Source: Candidatus Bathyarchaeia archaeon
GTDB lineage: Archaea > Thermoproteota > Bathyarchaeia > 40CM-2-53-6
Reading direction: 5' to 3'
Length of the DNA: 64,000 nt
Assembly (NCBI GenBank): GCA_050013255.1
Contig: JBEKFP010000002.1
Span: 320,001-384,000 of the forward strand
Part shown: positions 27,772 through 38,399 of the stretch, piece by piece
Layout of the letters: each line of letters begins with the position of its first letter
Numbering within the stretch: position 1 is the stretch's first letter
Program-made: the position numbers and the translations under genes
Notes under the pieces: model-generated
The model's input: only the letters and a program-made list of their open reading frames with translations
Databases searched by the model: none
Told to the model about the DNA's origin: nothing

Positions 27772-28482
27772 CTGTCGAACTTCGTAGACCTTCACGTAAT
27801 ACCACGAGTGGAGGACGAAAGCTCATGCAAGCAAATGGCTGAGCGAATCAGAATCGCCGGCTACTCCACTATAGGATTAACGTTCCCAACTGGCCTGATG
27901 CGGGACAGGATTGTGCTACTCAAAACTGTTTTTGAAGAAGCTGGGCTTGAAACTGCGCTTCGAATTGATTTAACGGCAAGCTCTAGAATGGACCTGCTTC
28001 GGTTGCTGCGACGATTCAGGAATTTATACGATGTTATTGCAGTGAAGTGCGCTAACCAGCGCGTGGCAATAGTCGCGTGCAGGGATAGGCGCGTGGACCT
28101 CATTATCTTTGACCCTACGAGTAGAAGCGTTAGGTTCAGTCATCCTCTTGCCAACCTTCTGAGAGGGGCAATCGAATTCAACCTAGTTTCTTCGCTCCTT
28201 AAGGAAACGAGGGCTGAGGTGTTCTCAGGGATTATGAAGCAGTGTGCAATTGCCCGTGAGCATAAGGTCAAGGTAGTTCTATCGAGCGGATGCAACAATC
28301 CTGACCAGGTTAGGAGCCCGCTTCAAATCGCCGCCCTTGCTACCGCGATGGGCCTCTCTGAAGCTCAGTCTCTTGCTGGAGTATCCGCAACACCCCTTTC
28401 GATTATCAAGCGCAACTTGGCCCATCGGTCACCTCAATTCGTAGAAGAAGGTGTAAGGGTCGTTTTGCCAAAGGTGGCATAG
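27772..28482 (+). CDS. rnp3: Ribonuclease P protein subunit Rpp30
   Basis: FVDLHV N-terminus, DRRVDLI, VVLSSG...RSP; context. CTG start inferred (ORF track starts at 27808). Confidence 0.85.
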   Translation: MSNFVDLHVIPRVEDESSCKQMAERIRIAGYSTIGLTFPTGLMRDRIVLLKTVFEEAGLETALRIDLTASSRMDLLRLLRRFRNLYDVIAVKCANQRVAIVACRDRRVDLIIFDPTSRSVRFSHPLANLLRGAIEFNLVSSLLKETRAEVFSGIMKQCAIAREHKVKVVLSSGCNNPDQVRSPLQIAALATAMGLSEAQSLAGVSATPLSIIKRNLAHRSPQFVEEGVRVVLPKVA

Positions 28483-28485
28483 CGA

Positions 28486-28794
28486 ATGTCGAAACGTTAC
28501 CTGCTGATCAAAGTTGCTTCGGATAAACCACTTTCGCGAGACCAATTTCGAATCGCGTTGACCGATTCAGTTCGACGAAACTTTGGCGAAATTGGCCTAT
28601 CCAGGGTTGACCCAAAGGTCGTACGTTATGACGGTACAGGATCACGAGCGATTGTGGCCTGTAGGGCGGGTACAGCGAATGAGCTTCAAGCTGCCGTTGC
28701 CCTGATTTCAGAAGCTTCAGGGACTCCGATTGCACCCTTGGTTGTTGGCGTTTCGGGAACAATAAAGGCACTTGGAAAGAGAAGGCCAAGGTAA
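28486..28794 (+). CDS. rnp2: Ribonuclease P protein subunit Pop5/Rpp14
   Basis: KRYLLI, FGEIG, GVSGTIKAL. Confidence 0.9.
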   Translation: MSKRYLLIKVASDKPLSRDQFRIALTDSVRRNFGEIGLSRVDPKVVRYDGTGSRAIVACRAGTANELQAAVALISEASGTPIAPLVVGVSGTIKALGKRRPR

Positions 28795-28826
28795 CTTTTT
28801 GTTTCGGACGACAATGCTCTGAGTGC

Positions 28827-28898
28827 GGGGATGAAGAAGCCAGTCCCAGTCAGATCTTTTTGCTGAAGATATGACGACCTCAGCGACGGGCTGACCCC
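28827..28898 (+). ncRNA. Box C/D guide sRNA
   Basis: GGGG/CCCC terminal stem; C ATGAAGA 28831-28837; D' CTGA 28863-28866; C' ATGACGA 28871-28877; D CTGA 28891-28894; D guide AGCGACGGG is complementary to the conserved 16S CCCGUCGCU. Confidence 0.75.
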
Positions 28899-29058
28899 AC
28901 ATAACATAACGCGTCAACTCAAGGGAGATGCGTTTTTCGTCACGTGACTTGATGCTTCGTCATCTAGTCACAGCTTCAGCAGTCAATAAGCCCTACCTCA
29001 AGGGTTTTATTGGAGAAACTTACTGAAAGGGACAAATTTCGCTTTAGGTGAATTTGAA

Positions 29059-29805
29059 TTGTCAATGTTTGCAGTTCCAGGTGCCTACGACCGTGCAATC
29101 ACAGTGTTCTCACCAGACGGGCGTCTGTTTCAAGTCGAATATGCTTCGGAAACTGTCAAGAGGGGCGCGACCGTGCTCGGCATCGTTTGCCCTGAAGGCA
29201 TCGTTCTAGCGGCAGAGGAAAGGCCCACCTCCAAACTTCAAGATCCGAACTTCATGTGGAAGATCTTCCAAATCGACGAACACGTAGGCGCTGCGGTTGC
29301 CGGTTTGAATTGCGACGCACACATCCTCGTCGACCAGGCGAGGGTTTACGCTCAATCGAACCGCTTATTGTACGACGAACCAATCGATATCGAAATTCTG
29401 ACGCGACGAATTGGAGAGATAAAGCAACTTTACACGCAGCATGCTGGCGTGCGCCCATTCGGCCTCTCAATGCTCTTCGGCGGATTGGATCGGAAAGGAA
29501 GCCGTCTCTTCTGGACTGATCCCAGTGGGGCCTTCTTCGCGTTCAAGGCTTTGGCGATCGGTGCCGGTGGCGATGCCGCCAATGAAATCCTCGAAGCGGA
29601 CTACAAGGACACAATGAGCCTAGATGAGGCAGTACTTCTTGCCATTAAATGCATGAGCAAAGTCCTAGAGGACAAGCTAAACGCGCAACAGCTGCGCATC
29701 GCAACTGTCCCTGCAGCGACAAGGAAGTTTGCTAAAATGCCGCCGGAAGACGTAGAGAAACATATTAAACGGCTGGATTCCTCGAAAAAGGCCGTTAGCC
29801 GATGA
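29059..29805 (+). CDS. psmA: Proteasome subunit alpha
   Basis: YDRAITVFSPDGRLFQVEYA, GVRPFG, TDPSG. Confidence 0.98.
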   Translation: MSMFAVPGAYDRAITVFSPDGRLFQVEYASETVKRGATVLGIVCPEGIVLAAEERPTSKLQDPNFMWKIFQIDEHVGAAVAGLNCDAHILVDQARVYAQSNRLLYDEPIDIEILTRRIGEIKQLYTQHAGVRPFGLSMLFGGLDRKGSRLFWTDPSGAFFAFKALAIGAGGDAANEILEADYKDTMSLDEAVLLAIKCMSKVLEDKLNAQQLRIATVPAATRKFAKMPPEDVEKHIKRLDSSKKAVSR

Positions 29806-30491
29806 GTGAAAAGTTCAGTACAGCTCGAATTTCAAAAAGCGGCGAAAAATTCGAAATCCTAGTCAAACCCGAATCGGCCTTAGAATACAAAATGGGCAAA
29901 CCCGTCGGCCTATCACAATTCCTAGTCATAGAAGAAATTTACAGCGATGCGGGCAAAGGAACTAGGGCGTCAGCTGAGAAACTGGAGAAAGCATTCGGAA
30001 CAGTAGACCCGGTGAAGATCGCCGAGGACATAATGAGGCATGGCGAACTCCAACTTACCACAGATCAAAGGCGACAATTGGTTGAAGACAAACGCAAACA
30101 GATAGTTGCCTTCATCAGCAGAAACTGCATAGACCCACGTACGGGAACTCCACATCCACCGATCAGAATCGAACAGGCATTGGCTCAGGTAAAGTATTCA
30201 ATTGACCCATTCAAGAGCGCGGATGAGCAGGCGAAAGATATCATTGAGGAACTCCGCTCCCTTCTACCCATCAAGATGGAACAGATGCGGGTGGCGGTCA
30301 AGATACTCGCTGAATTTGCCGCTAAGGGTTATGGGGCGGTAAAGGGCTACGGAACCATTTCGAGAGAGGAATGGCAGGCGGACGGAGCATTGGTCGCTGT
30401 CGTCGAGATGCCTGCTGGACTATACGGACCCTTTATCGAACGGCTCGGGAAAATCACTCAGGGTACAATTCAAGCAAAGGTACTCAAGTAG
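29802..30491 (+). CDS. Ribosome maturation protein SBDS/Sdo1
   Basis: GEKFEILV, GELQLTTDQRR, PHPPIRIE; exosome superoperon context. Confidence 0.96.
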   Translation: MSEKFSTARISKSGEKFEILVKPESALEYKMGKPVGLSQFLVIEEIYSDAGKGTRASAEKLEKAFGTVDPVKIAEDIMRHGELQLTTDQRRQLVEDKRKQIVAFISRNCIDPRTGTPHPPIRIEQALAQVKYSIDPFKSADEQAKDIIEELRSLLPIKMEQMRVAVKILAEFAAKGYGAVKGYGTISREEWQADGALVAVVEMPAGLYGPFIERLGKITQGTIQAKVLK

Positions 30492-30587
30492 AAGCCAAAG
30501 CACCAACACGGAAGCCGTGTAGCCAAAGTATATGTAGCAGTTTCCGTGTTTCTGCTCGACTTCGTTTACAAGTTTGAGTTGGAACGG

Positions 30588-31292
30588 TTGACGGTACAAG
30601 CTGAAAGAAAGCACCTAGTAGGGCCGGGCGAACTTCTCGCTGAAGGCCCCTTTTTTGCTGGGGAGAACACTTACCGTGATGGCACAAAAATATTCTCCTC
30701 ACGGGTAGGATTGGCAGAAGTCATCGGAAACAAATTCATCGTAGTCCCAATCAAGGGCGCGTACATTCCACGCCTCGACGATATTGTGGTGGGACGGATA
30801 ACCGATATCGGAATGTCCGGTTGGCAAGTTGACATCGATGCACCTTACCCTGCCATGTTGCCGGCCTCTGAGACTCCTTTACAACATGGTCGAGATTCTG
30901 TACGCCGCGATTTGAGCCACATTTACGGAGTCGGCGATCTTATGATTGCACAGGTCATAGCCTTCGATCGAACGCGAGACCCGCTCCTTACCACGAAAGG
31001 AAGAGGGTTAGGGAAAGTCACTTCAGGGCACGTGGCTCGAATAACCCCGGCAAAAATACCGCGAATAATCGGAAAGAAGGGCTCAATGATAACAATGTTG
31101 AAGAATGAGACTCAAACCGATATCATTCCTGGCCAAAACGGCGTAATCTTGGTAATTGGAAAGAACCCAGAAACCGAGAGTGCAGCGGTAGAAGCTATTT
31201 ACATGATTGAACGTGAAGCGCATACGAGTGGATTGACGGAACGCGTAAAGGCAATGATAGTAGAAAGAATGAAGGGAAAAACAGTTGGGTAA
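30588..31292 (+). CDS. rrp4: Exosome RNA-binding protein Rrp4
   Basis: [14 protein letters not shown]1 domain and KH motif [11 protein letters not shown]. Confidence 0.95.
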   Translation: MTVQAERKHLVGPGELLAEGPFFAGENTYRDGTKIFSSRVGLAEVIGNKFIVVPIKGAYIPRLDDIVVGRITDIGMSGWQVDIDAPYPAMLPASETPLQHGRDSVRRDLSHIYGVGDLMIAQVIAFDRTRDPLLTTKGRGLGKVTSGHVARITPAKIPRIIGKKGSMITMLKNETQTDIIPGQNGVILVIGKNPETESAAVEAIYMIEREAHTSGLTERVKAMIVERMKGKTVG

Positions 31293-32049
31293 AGAACAAA
31301 AGGTCCCACTGCTCGACAAGAACGGCCTTCGTGTGGATGGTCGACGCCTCGACGAACTCCGCCCACTGAAATTGGAGGTTGGAATTTTAGATAAAGCCGA
31401 TGGGTCGGCATACATCGAGCACGGGAAGAACAAGATACTCGCGGCAGTGTATGGCCCTAGAGAGGCCCATCCGAAACATATCGCCCTTGCTGACCGTGCT
31501 GTGGTCAGGTGCAGGTACCACATGGCCCCATTTTCAACTGACGAACGGAAATCGCCCGCACCATCTAGGCGCGAGTTGGAACTCTCGAAGGTGATTAGGG
31601 AGTCGCTTGAGCCCGCAATAATGTCAGAGTATTTCCCAAGGGCAACGATAGACATAACTATCGAAGTCCTGCAAGCTGACGCTGGAACAAGGTGCGCTGG
31701 AATAACTGCAGCCTCCCTCGCCTTAGCCGATGCAGGTATCCCAATGCGAGAACTAGTGGCAGCCTGTGCCGCAGGAAAGGTGGAAGGCAAAGTGGTGTTG
31801 GATCTCTCTGATATTGAAGATAAGCAGGGAGACGCAGACCTTCCAGTTGCTTTCATGCCAAAATCCAACGTTATCGGCCTCCTACAAATGGATGGTTCGT
31901 TGACCGAAGAAGAGTTCAAGCAGGCGCTAGATTTGGCGATCAATGCGTGCCGAAGAATCTATGATATGCAAAGAGAGGCACTCAAACAGAAATACCACGT
32001 TGTCAGGGATGAAACTGAGAAAGAGGAAGTCGCGGAGGTTCAAGTCTAA
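31285..32049 (+). CDS. rrp41: Exosome exonuclease Rrp41
   Basis: [29 protein letters not shown]. Confidence 0.97.
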   Translation: MGKEQKVPLLDKNGLRVDGRRLDELRPLKLEVGILDKADGSAYIEHGKNKILAAVYGPREAHPKHIALADRAVVRCRYHMAPFSTDERKSPAPSRRELELSKVIRESLEPAIMSEYFPRATIDITIEVLQADAGTRCAGITAASLALADAGIPMRELVAACAAGKVEGKVVLDLSDIEDKQGDADLPVAFMPKSNVIGLLQMDGSLTEEEFKQALDLAINACRRIYDMQREALKQKYHVVRDETEKEEVAEVQV

Positions 32050-32864
32050 TGTCGGTAACGCATCAACTTTCACCCGTCGCTAAGCTAGAACAGAAGACTG
32101 TTCATGACCTAATCGTGAAAGGTAAGCGGTTGGACGAACGGAACGCCCTTGACTATAGGCCGCTAACAATAATGTTGGGCACAATCGAGAAAGCCAACGG
32201 GTCAGCCCAAGTGTACCTTGGAAAGACGAAGGTTCTGGCCGGAGTGAAGATACAGACTGGAACTCCATTTCCCGACACGCCTGATGAAGGCATTCTAACG
32301 GTCAATTCAGAATTCGTACCTCTGGCATCACCTAACTTTGAAGCTGGACCGCCCGGTGAGGACTCGATCGAACTTGCCCGTGTTGTCGACCGTGGTATTA
32401 GAGAGTCGAAAGCCATTGATCTGAAGAAACTCTGCGTTCAACCGGGTAAGAAAGTCTTCGTAGTCTTTGTCGATATCTACGTTCTTGACCACGATGGTAA
32501 CTTGATCGACGCAGCAGGTATGGCAGCGTTGGGCGCTCTTATTAGCTCAAAGATGCAGGAATTCGAAGTCAAGAACGACGAGTTAGTCTTCAAAGACAAA
32601 ATGATGCCGCTTCCAATGCACGACTACCCGGTTCCCATAACATCCGTCAAAATCGATGGGTCAATTGTCCTTGACCCCTGTCTGGAAGAAGAGCAGGTCA
32701 CAAGCTGCAGGTTAACAGTCACAACCGGTAAAGACGACCGCATCTGTGCTATGCAAAAGGGAGGCCTGGGCGTCTTTACGCCTGACGAGGTAAAGCAGAT
32801 AGTTTCCACGGCCATAAGCAAATCACGAGACCTACGCCAAAGAATTCTATCAAAAGTGAACTAG
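32049..32864 (+). CDS. rrp42: Exosome protein Rrp42
   Basis: FEAGPP, ELARVVDRGIRES, DHDGNLIDA. Confidence 0.97.
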   Translation: MSVTHQLSPVAKLEQKTVHDLIVKGKRLDERNALDYRPLTIMLGTIEKANGSAQVYLGKTKVLAGVKIQTGTPFPDTPDEGILTVNSEFVPLASPNFEAGPPGEDSIELARVVDRGIRESKAIDLKKLCVQPGKKVFVVFVDIYVLDHDGNLIDAAGMAALGALISSKMQEFEVKNDELVFKDKMMPLPMHDYPVPITSVKIDGSIVLDPCLEEEQVTSCRLTVTTGKDDRICAMQKGGLGVFTPDEVKQIVSTAISKSRDLRQRILSKVN

Positions 32865-32865
32865 T

Positions 32866-33285
32866 GTGGGACGAACATACAAGGTCGGCCCTTCAGGCAG
32901 CTTCGGGGCCCGCTACGGAACAGTGGTTCGGAAGAGATATTCAACCGTTGTAACCGCGCTAAGGGCCGCGCATGAATGCCCACAATGTCATTTAGCGGCT
33001 GTCAAGCGCATGTCCATTGGAGTCTGGCTGTGCGATAGTTGCGGGTTCAAATTCGCCGGGGGCGCATATGTGCCTAGCACGAAACTCGGTCAAGTTGCGG
33101 AGAGAGCTGCTCGTGCAGGTGTCGCATCGGGCCTACTTGCAGAGCTTAAAGCAGAGAAAGCAAGGGCATTTGAAGCTGAGGCCAAAGCGAAAATCGCGAA
33201 GAGACGTCGAAGGAAGGCCGAGGCCAAGAAGAGCGAAGAGAAACCGAAGGGAGCGGAGACGGTCCCCGAGGACAAATCAACCTGA
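32866..33285 (+). CDS. rpl37ae: 50S ribosomal protein L37Ae with charged C-terminal extension
   Basis: FGARYG, CPQC...GVWLCDSC, FAGGAY. Confidence 0.95.
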   Translation: MGRTYKVGPSGSFGARYGTVVRKRYSTVVTALRAAHECPQCHLAAVKRMSIGVWLCDSCGFKFAGGAYVPSTKLGQVAERAARAGVASGLLAELKAEKARAFEAEAKAKIAKRRRRKAEAKKSEEKPKGAETVPEDKST

Positions 33286-33298
33286 TCGGCATTTCGAT

Positions 33299-33610
33299 TT
33301 GGAAAAAAAGCAATTAACCAAGGCTCGGGCCACAGTTCGCGTCATTTTTGGCGCAAAGCAACAGGCCGATGCGATCGCGAAAGCTCTGAGCCCAGAACTT
33401 TTTCACCCAGCTGGTGAACGAGCCATGGCGAGGCTTGTGGTTCGCCGACTGACGATGAGCATCCATTTTGAGGCAAAGGACTCGATAGCGCTTCGCGCGA
33501 TTATGAGTTCCGGTCTAAGAATTCTGGCTGCTTCCTTGAACGTTTCTGACTCTCTTATCCAGCTTGAGCGCTCATATTCCATTAGCAAAGGCGATAAGGG
33601 CGGAAAGTAA
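33299..33610 (+). CDS. Second KEOPS Pcc1-family protein
   Basis: ADAIAKALSPE...FEAKDSIALRAIMSS matches Pcc1 (AxDxxALRAxxNS); follows rpl37ae; TTG at 33299. Confidence 0.8.
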   Translation: MEKKQLTKARATVRVIFGAKQQADAIAKALSPELFHPAGERAMARLVVRRLTMSIHFEAKDSIALRAIMSSGLRILAASLNVSDSLIQLERSYSISKGDKGGK

Positions 33611-33638
33611 CAGCGGAACAGCCTGAGCGTGTTTTCGT

Positions 33639-34859
33639 TTGATTAAGGATTTGGACGCAGAGATGGGTAAGCGAGGTGTTAGTGGAATCGTAGTTCTCGG
33701 TGAGACCACCCTTGCGAACCCTGATCTGATCTATGCCGTCGGAGGGAACCTTGCGCGTGGTGGCATATACTTCAAACGGAAAGGAAGCAACCCACTATTG
33801 CTGGTAAGCAACCTTGACGTTGGCACTGCAAGGAAGCTAGGGGTTGTTCGGAGAATCGAAACTTACACTCAGTGGGGGTTCGAGGAACTTGTAAAGAAAT
33901 ACCGTCGAAGGGACGAAGGGATGGCCCGTCTTATTTCCGCCGTACTCAGGCACGAAGGCGTTTCAGGAAGGGTAGGCCTTTTCGGAAGAAGCGACTTGGC
34001 CTCAGGAATTCATCTGGCCAACAGGTTAGGGTCGCTTGGCGTTAAGATTGTTGGCGGAGAATCCCCGACAATACTTGAAGCGGCGCGAGAAACGAAGGAG
34101 AAGCGAGAGATTGATGAGATACGAAATGTGGGAAGAAAAACAACAGAAGTCGTGTCCGAAATTGTCGATAATCTGAGCAAGATGAAAAGAATTCGTGGAC
34201 ACCTGCAAATTGGCAAGCGACGAGCAACGATTGGATTGGTCAAATCGATGATTTCCACTAGAATTGCAAATAAGGGTCTGATTGCGCCCGAGGGGACGAT
34301 CTTCGCCATCGGCCCGTCAAGCGCTGATCCGCACAACAGCGGCGTCAACTCCGATCAAATAAAGCAGGGCCGGTTAATTGTCTTCGATATATTTCCGCAA
34401 GCAGAGAGCGGATATTGGTTCGATCTAACCCGAACATACGTGGTCGGCAGGGCAGGCCCGAAAGCTAAACACGCCTTCGAGGTTGTGTACGAAGCGCAGG
34501 CTACCTCACTAGATGTCCTTGAGGCGGGTGTAACAGGCGAGGAAGCAATGCTTGCTGCATGTGACGTAATCGAGCGGGCAGGGTACAAGACAGTGCGAGA
34601 GGTGTATGAGGGTAGGTCAAAGAATGTGTCATCGGGCTTCAATCACTCGCTCGGCCATGGAGTTGGCTTGACAATCGGCGAGAGGCCAAACCTCAGCCTC
34701 CTGAGTAAAGACCCACTAAAGGCAGGAGGAGTAGTGACGGTTGAGCCAGGGGTCTACCTTCCCAAGTATGGCGGCGTAAGGATCGAAGATACTGTACAGA
34801 TAACCCGAAACGGGTATGAGCAATTGGCGAATGTCGCCAAAGAGTTGGAGATAGTGTAG
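33639..34859 (+). CDS. Xaa-Pro aminopeptidase (M24 family)
   Basis: [32 protein letters not shown]. Confidence 0.93.
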   Translation: MIKDLDAEMGKRGVSGIVVLGETTLANPDLIYAVGGNLARGGIYFKRKGSNPLLLVSNLDVGTARKLGVVRRIETYTQWGFEELVKKYRRRDEGMARLISAVLRHEGVSGRVGLFGRSDLASGIHLANRLGSLGVKIVGGESPTILEAARETKEKREIDEIRNVGRKTTEVVSEIVDNLSKMKRIRGHLQIGKRRATIGLVKSMISTRIANKGLIAPEGTIFAIGPSSADPHNSGVNSDQIKQGRLIVFDIFPQAESGYWFDLTRTYVVGRAGPKAKHAFEVVYEAQATSLDVLEAGVTGEEAMLAACDVIERAGYKTVREVYEGRSKNVSSGFNHSLGHGVGLTIGERPNLSLLSKDPLKAGGVVTVEPGVYLPKYGGVRIEDTVQITRNGYEQLANVAKELEIV

Positions 34860-34873
34860 GGAAGGCCAGAGAA

Positions 34874-35362
34874 ATGAACACCAAAGTTATCGATGTGAAG
34901 GTCCCCGAAGGATGCAACAGCATATTGGGACAAAGCCACTTCATTAAGACGGTTGAGGACCTTTACGAGGCGCTCGTCAACGCGGTTCCAACCATAAAGT
35001 TCGGATTAGCATTTTGTGAATCAAGCGGGCCATGCTTAGTTCGAGTTGATGGGAACGACGCTGAACTGAAGGATTTGGCGTCAAAAACTGCTTTCGCACT
35101 ATCTGCGGGCCACAGTTTCATTATCTTCATGCGAAACGCATATCCGATAAACGTTCTCGACAAAATAAAAGCGGTTCCAGAAGTGTGCAACATCTTCGTA
35201 GCCACGGCAAACCCATTCCAGGTCATCCTTGCCGAAACGGAACAGGGCAGAGGTATCTTGGGGATTGTGGATGGCTACGCGTCCAAGGGAGTTGAGACCG
35301 AAAAAGATGTGCAAGATCGGAAGACATTTCTCAGAAAAATAGGCTACAAGCTTTCAACTTGA
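34874..35362 (+). CDS. Adenosine-specific kinase family (DUF355) protein
   Basis: [43 protein letters not shown]. Confidence 0.9.
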   Translation: MNTKVIDVKVPEGCNSILGQSHFIKTVEDLYEALVNAVPTIKFGLAFCESSGPCLVRVDGNDAELKDLASKTAFALSAGHSFIIFMRNAYPINVLDKIKAVPEVCNIFVATANPFQVILAETEQGRGILGIVDGYASKGVETEKDVQDRKTFLRKIGYKLST

Positions 35363-36787
35363 TTTTGCAGTGGGTCTTGTCGAGGCAAGATACCAACGCA
35401 TTCCAGCCGGCGTATCTTCTAGTCCAATTCCTAAGCTAGTGAGACTGTCACGTATGGTATCAGCATTTTTCCAGTCGCCTCGTTTTCTTGCGCCCTCCCT
35501 CATTTGCAAAAGGAGTTTCAGTAGTCCTTCGAACGGTTTCTCTTGCTCGGCATTACTTGGGCGGAGTATGCCGAATACACTGCCAAAATAATCAAACGTC
35601 TTGATTATCAATTCAGTAGCGCCGCGACCGATTTGTCGAAGGGCGTAGGGCTCAACGTCTTTGGAGTAGGCTATCATCGCTGCCAGGGCGCGTGGTGTAT
35701 TGAAATCATCGTCCATGGCTTCTACGAAGCGTTGTGTTGCCTCCGCCGATAAACGCTCGACGTCCGCGTTCCTTTCATTTCCGGGTTCCACGGTTTCCTT
35801 TAGCGCTTTGAATTGATTATACACTGCGCGCAATTTGTCAAGAACTTGTTCTGCTTGAGTGATATCGGATTCATCAAATTCGAGTTGACTGCGGTAGTGC
35901 CTCATACCATAATACAGCCGAAGAGCCTCGGGGTCATGGTTCCGAAGCGTTTCCTCTATGGTTATGAAATTACCCATTGAATGCCCCATCCGTTCACCGC
36001 GGGTCATGAGTAACCCACCGTGCACCCAGAATCTCACGAGCGGTTCGACACCAGTGGCCGCTTCAGCTTGAGCGATTTCCGCTTCATGGTGCGGGAAGAC
36101 TAAGTCGAGGCCGCCCCCGTGCAGGTCATAGGTGGGGCCGAAATAGGTCGTCGTAATCGCCGTATCCTCAATATGCCAGCCGGGTCTGCCCTTGCCCCAC
36201 GGGCTATCCCAGAAGGGCTCACCCGGCTTCTGGCCTTTCCACAGAGCGAAGTCGACCACATTCCTCTTTCGTGCATCGGGGTCGATTCTGTGCATTACTA
36301 ACTGGTCTATCTTTTGCCCCGACAGCTCTCCGTAGCGAGGGAACTTTGCAACGTCATAGTACACATCGCCTTCCACCTGGTATGCAAATCCCTTCCCAAC
36401 GAGCGTGGCTATCTGTGCAATTATCTCGGGCACGTGCTCCGATGCCTTCGCGTAAAGATTTACGCTGGTGATCCCGAGGGATTCCATGTCGCGCATGAAT
36501 TCCTTCGTAAACCGATCCGCCAGATGCAGGGGATCTTCGCCCGATTCATTTGCTCGGTTGATGATTTTATCCTCGATGTCTGTTATGTTCATCAAGTAAA
36601 AGAGGCTGAAACCTCTCGCCCTTAGATATCTCGCGATAATGTCATACGCCAAATATGTTCTCGCGTGGCCGATATGGCTGTGATCGTAAACAGTGGGCCC
36701 GCATACAAACATGTAAACTCGGTTGCCTCGGGCCGGCTTGAATTCCTCAACGGAGCGTGTTTTAGTATTGTAGATTCTCAAACCCAT
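35354..36787 (-). CDS. cysS: Cysteinyl-tRNA synthetase
   Basis: [40 protein letters not shown]. Confidence 0.97.
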   Translation of the reverse strand: MGLRIYNTKTRSVEEFKPARGNRVYMFVCGPTVYDHSHIGHARTYLAYDIIARYLRARGFSLFYLMNITDIEDKIINRANESGEDPLHLADRFTKEFMRDMESLGITSVNLYAKASEHVPEIIAQIATLVGKGFAYQVEGDVYYDVAKFPRYGELSGQKIDQLVMHRIDPDARKRNVVDFALWKGQKPGEPFWDSPWGKGRPGWHIEDTAITTTYFGPTYDLHGGGLDLVFPHHEAEIAQAEAATGVEPLVRFWVHGGLLMTRGERMGHSMGNFITIEETLRNHDPEALRLYYGMRHYRSQLEFDESDITQAEQVLDKLRAVYNQFKALKETVEPGNERNADVERLSAEATQRFVEAMDDDFNTPRALAAMIAYSKDVEPYALRQIGRGATELIIKTFDYFGSVFGILRPSNAEQEKPFEGLLKLLLQMREGARKRGDWKNADTIRDSLTSLGIGLEDTPAGMRWYLASTRPTAKSS

Positions 36788-37113
36788 AATGAGTTCCTCC
36801 AGTGGAGGCGAAGAAGTTTCGACGGCCAACATAACTTGGGGTCAGTTAAGCGCAAGAGCGTGGGTTCCTTCGCAAACGCCTTCACCCATATTCCTCGCCG
36901 TCTCGACAGACGAACCTTCTTGACGTCTAATTAATCTTATGATGTGGGTCGAACACATAGCTTGAGTTCAGGGAGTCTTTGGTGAGCTTGCTCAATCAAA
37001 GGACGGCTGTTTGGAGAAGCACAACAGGTGAAATCATCACAGAATTTTGATATTTCGCTCTAATTTTACCCTTACACATATATTGAACGGAATGGTTCCA
37101 ATCTGCAAAATGG

Positions 37114-38397
37114 ATGATTCTCGGCATGGCGCAAGCGATTCTCAAGTCAGAGAAGAAGGGCGATGAACTCGTTGTTCAGCCAGAGATTAACATTGGCACT
37201 CTCGGGCATGTCGACAACGGTAAGAGCACGCTTGTGCAGGCCCTGACCGGCGTTTGGACCGCCAGGCATTCAGAAGAACTTCGAAGAGGAATCACGATTA
37301 AGATCGGGTACGCAGACGCATTCATCTACAAATGCCCAAAATGCCGTGCCCCAAGCAATTACACGACTCAAACCAAATGCCCAAATTGCGGCAGCGAAAC
37401 CAAGTTCGTTCGCGCCGTGAGCTTTGTTGACTGCCCTGGTCACCACAGCTTAATGGTCACGATGCTCTCGGGGTCTTCCTTGATGGACGGGGCGCTCTTC
37501 GTGTTAGCGAGCAGTGCCAAGTGCCCTCAAGCACAAGATAGAGAACACTTGCTAGCAGCGGAAAGTGTAGGAATCAAGAACCTAATCATAGTGCAGAACA
37601 AGATCGACGTTGTCACAAAAGAACGAGCAATAGAAAATCACAAAGAGATTCGCGCGTTCGTGAAGGGAACGATCGCCGAGGAAGCGCCAATCGTACCCAT
37701 CTCAGCCCAACATGGAACGAACATCGACGTGTTGTTGAAGGAGATTGAAGAGCGGATACCGACGCCGAAACGAAACCTCGCCGCGTCAGCACGCGCATAC
37801 GTGCTTAGATCTTTTGAAGTGAACAAGCCGGGAACTGAAGTGGACGAATTGGTCGGGGGAGTAATCGGGGGGTCAATTATTGAAGGCGCCTTCAAACTCG
37901 GAGACCAAATCGAGATTCGGCCAGGAATCGTAGTGCAGGAGGGCGGAAAGAGTAGATACGAGCGATTAGTCACGACCGTCAGAAGTCTGAGCGTCAGCCG
38001 AGGGCTCGTGGTGGAGGCAAAGAGCGGCGGCCTAGTTGGAATCGGAACGGACTTAGACCCATCACTCACAAAATCGGACGGTCTCGTTGGGAGCGTTGCT
38101 GGAAAAGTTGACACATTACCGCCCAGCTTGGGGAACATAACACTCGACGTCAAGCTTTTCGCGAAGGTCGTTGGGACAGAACTTGCGGTGCCCGTGGACA
38201 AGATAAGGACGAACGAGGCTCTAGTGCTGAATGTGGGAACCACCGTGACGTCAGGGATCGTTACCTCCGCGCGCGAAGACGTGGCGGACGTTGGCCTCAA
38301 GAAACCCATCTGCGCCGAGAGCGGGTCGAAAGTCGCGATAAGCCGCAGAATTGCAGATAGTTGGCGACTCATCGGATTCGGAACATTGAGGGCGTAA
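37114..38397 (+). CDS. eif2g: Translation initiation factor aIF-2 gamma
   Basis: QPEINIG, GHVDNGKS, RGITIKIGY, DCPGH, QNKID, WRLIGFG. Confidence 0.98.
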   Translation: MILGMAQAILKSEKKGDELVVQPEINIGTLGHVDNGKSTLVQALTGVWTARHSEELRRGITIKIGYADAFIYKCPKCRAPSNYTTQTKCPNCGSETKFVRAVSFVDCPGHHSLMVTMLSGSSLMDGALFVLASSAKCPQAQDREHLLAAESVGIKNLIIVQNKIDVVTKERAIENHKEIRAFVKGTIAEEAPIVPISAQHGTNIDVLLKEIEERIPTPKRNLAASARAYVLRSFEVNKPGTEVDELVGGVIGGSIIEGAFKLGDQIEIRPGIVVQEGGKSRYERLVTTVRSLSVSRGLVVEAKSGGLVGIGTDLDPSLTKSDGLVGSVAGKVDTLPPSLGNITLDVKLFAKVVGTELAVPVDKIRTNEALVLNVGTTVTSGIVTSAREDVADVGLKKPICAESGSKVAISRRIADSWRLIGFGTLRA

Positions 38398-38399
38398 AA

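Noticed and set aside
28944-28971. Hairpin GTGACT-GATG/CATC-AGTCAC upstream of psmA
   Set aside because: Short, with no box motifs or U-tract; function unsupported.
31083-31943. Long antisense ORFs (also 37638-38372, 24316-24990, 22649-23239)
   Set aside because: Shadows of well-conserved genes on the opposite strand, with no motifs of their own.
33017-33298. 5' part of the 197 aa ORF overlapping rpl37ae
   Set aside because: Out-of-frame overlap; only the portion from TTG 33299 resembles Pcc1.
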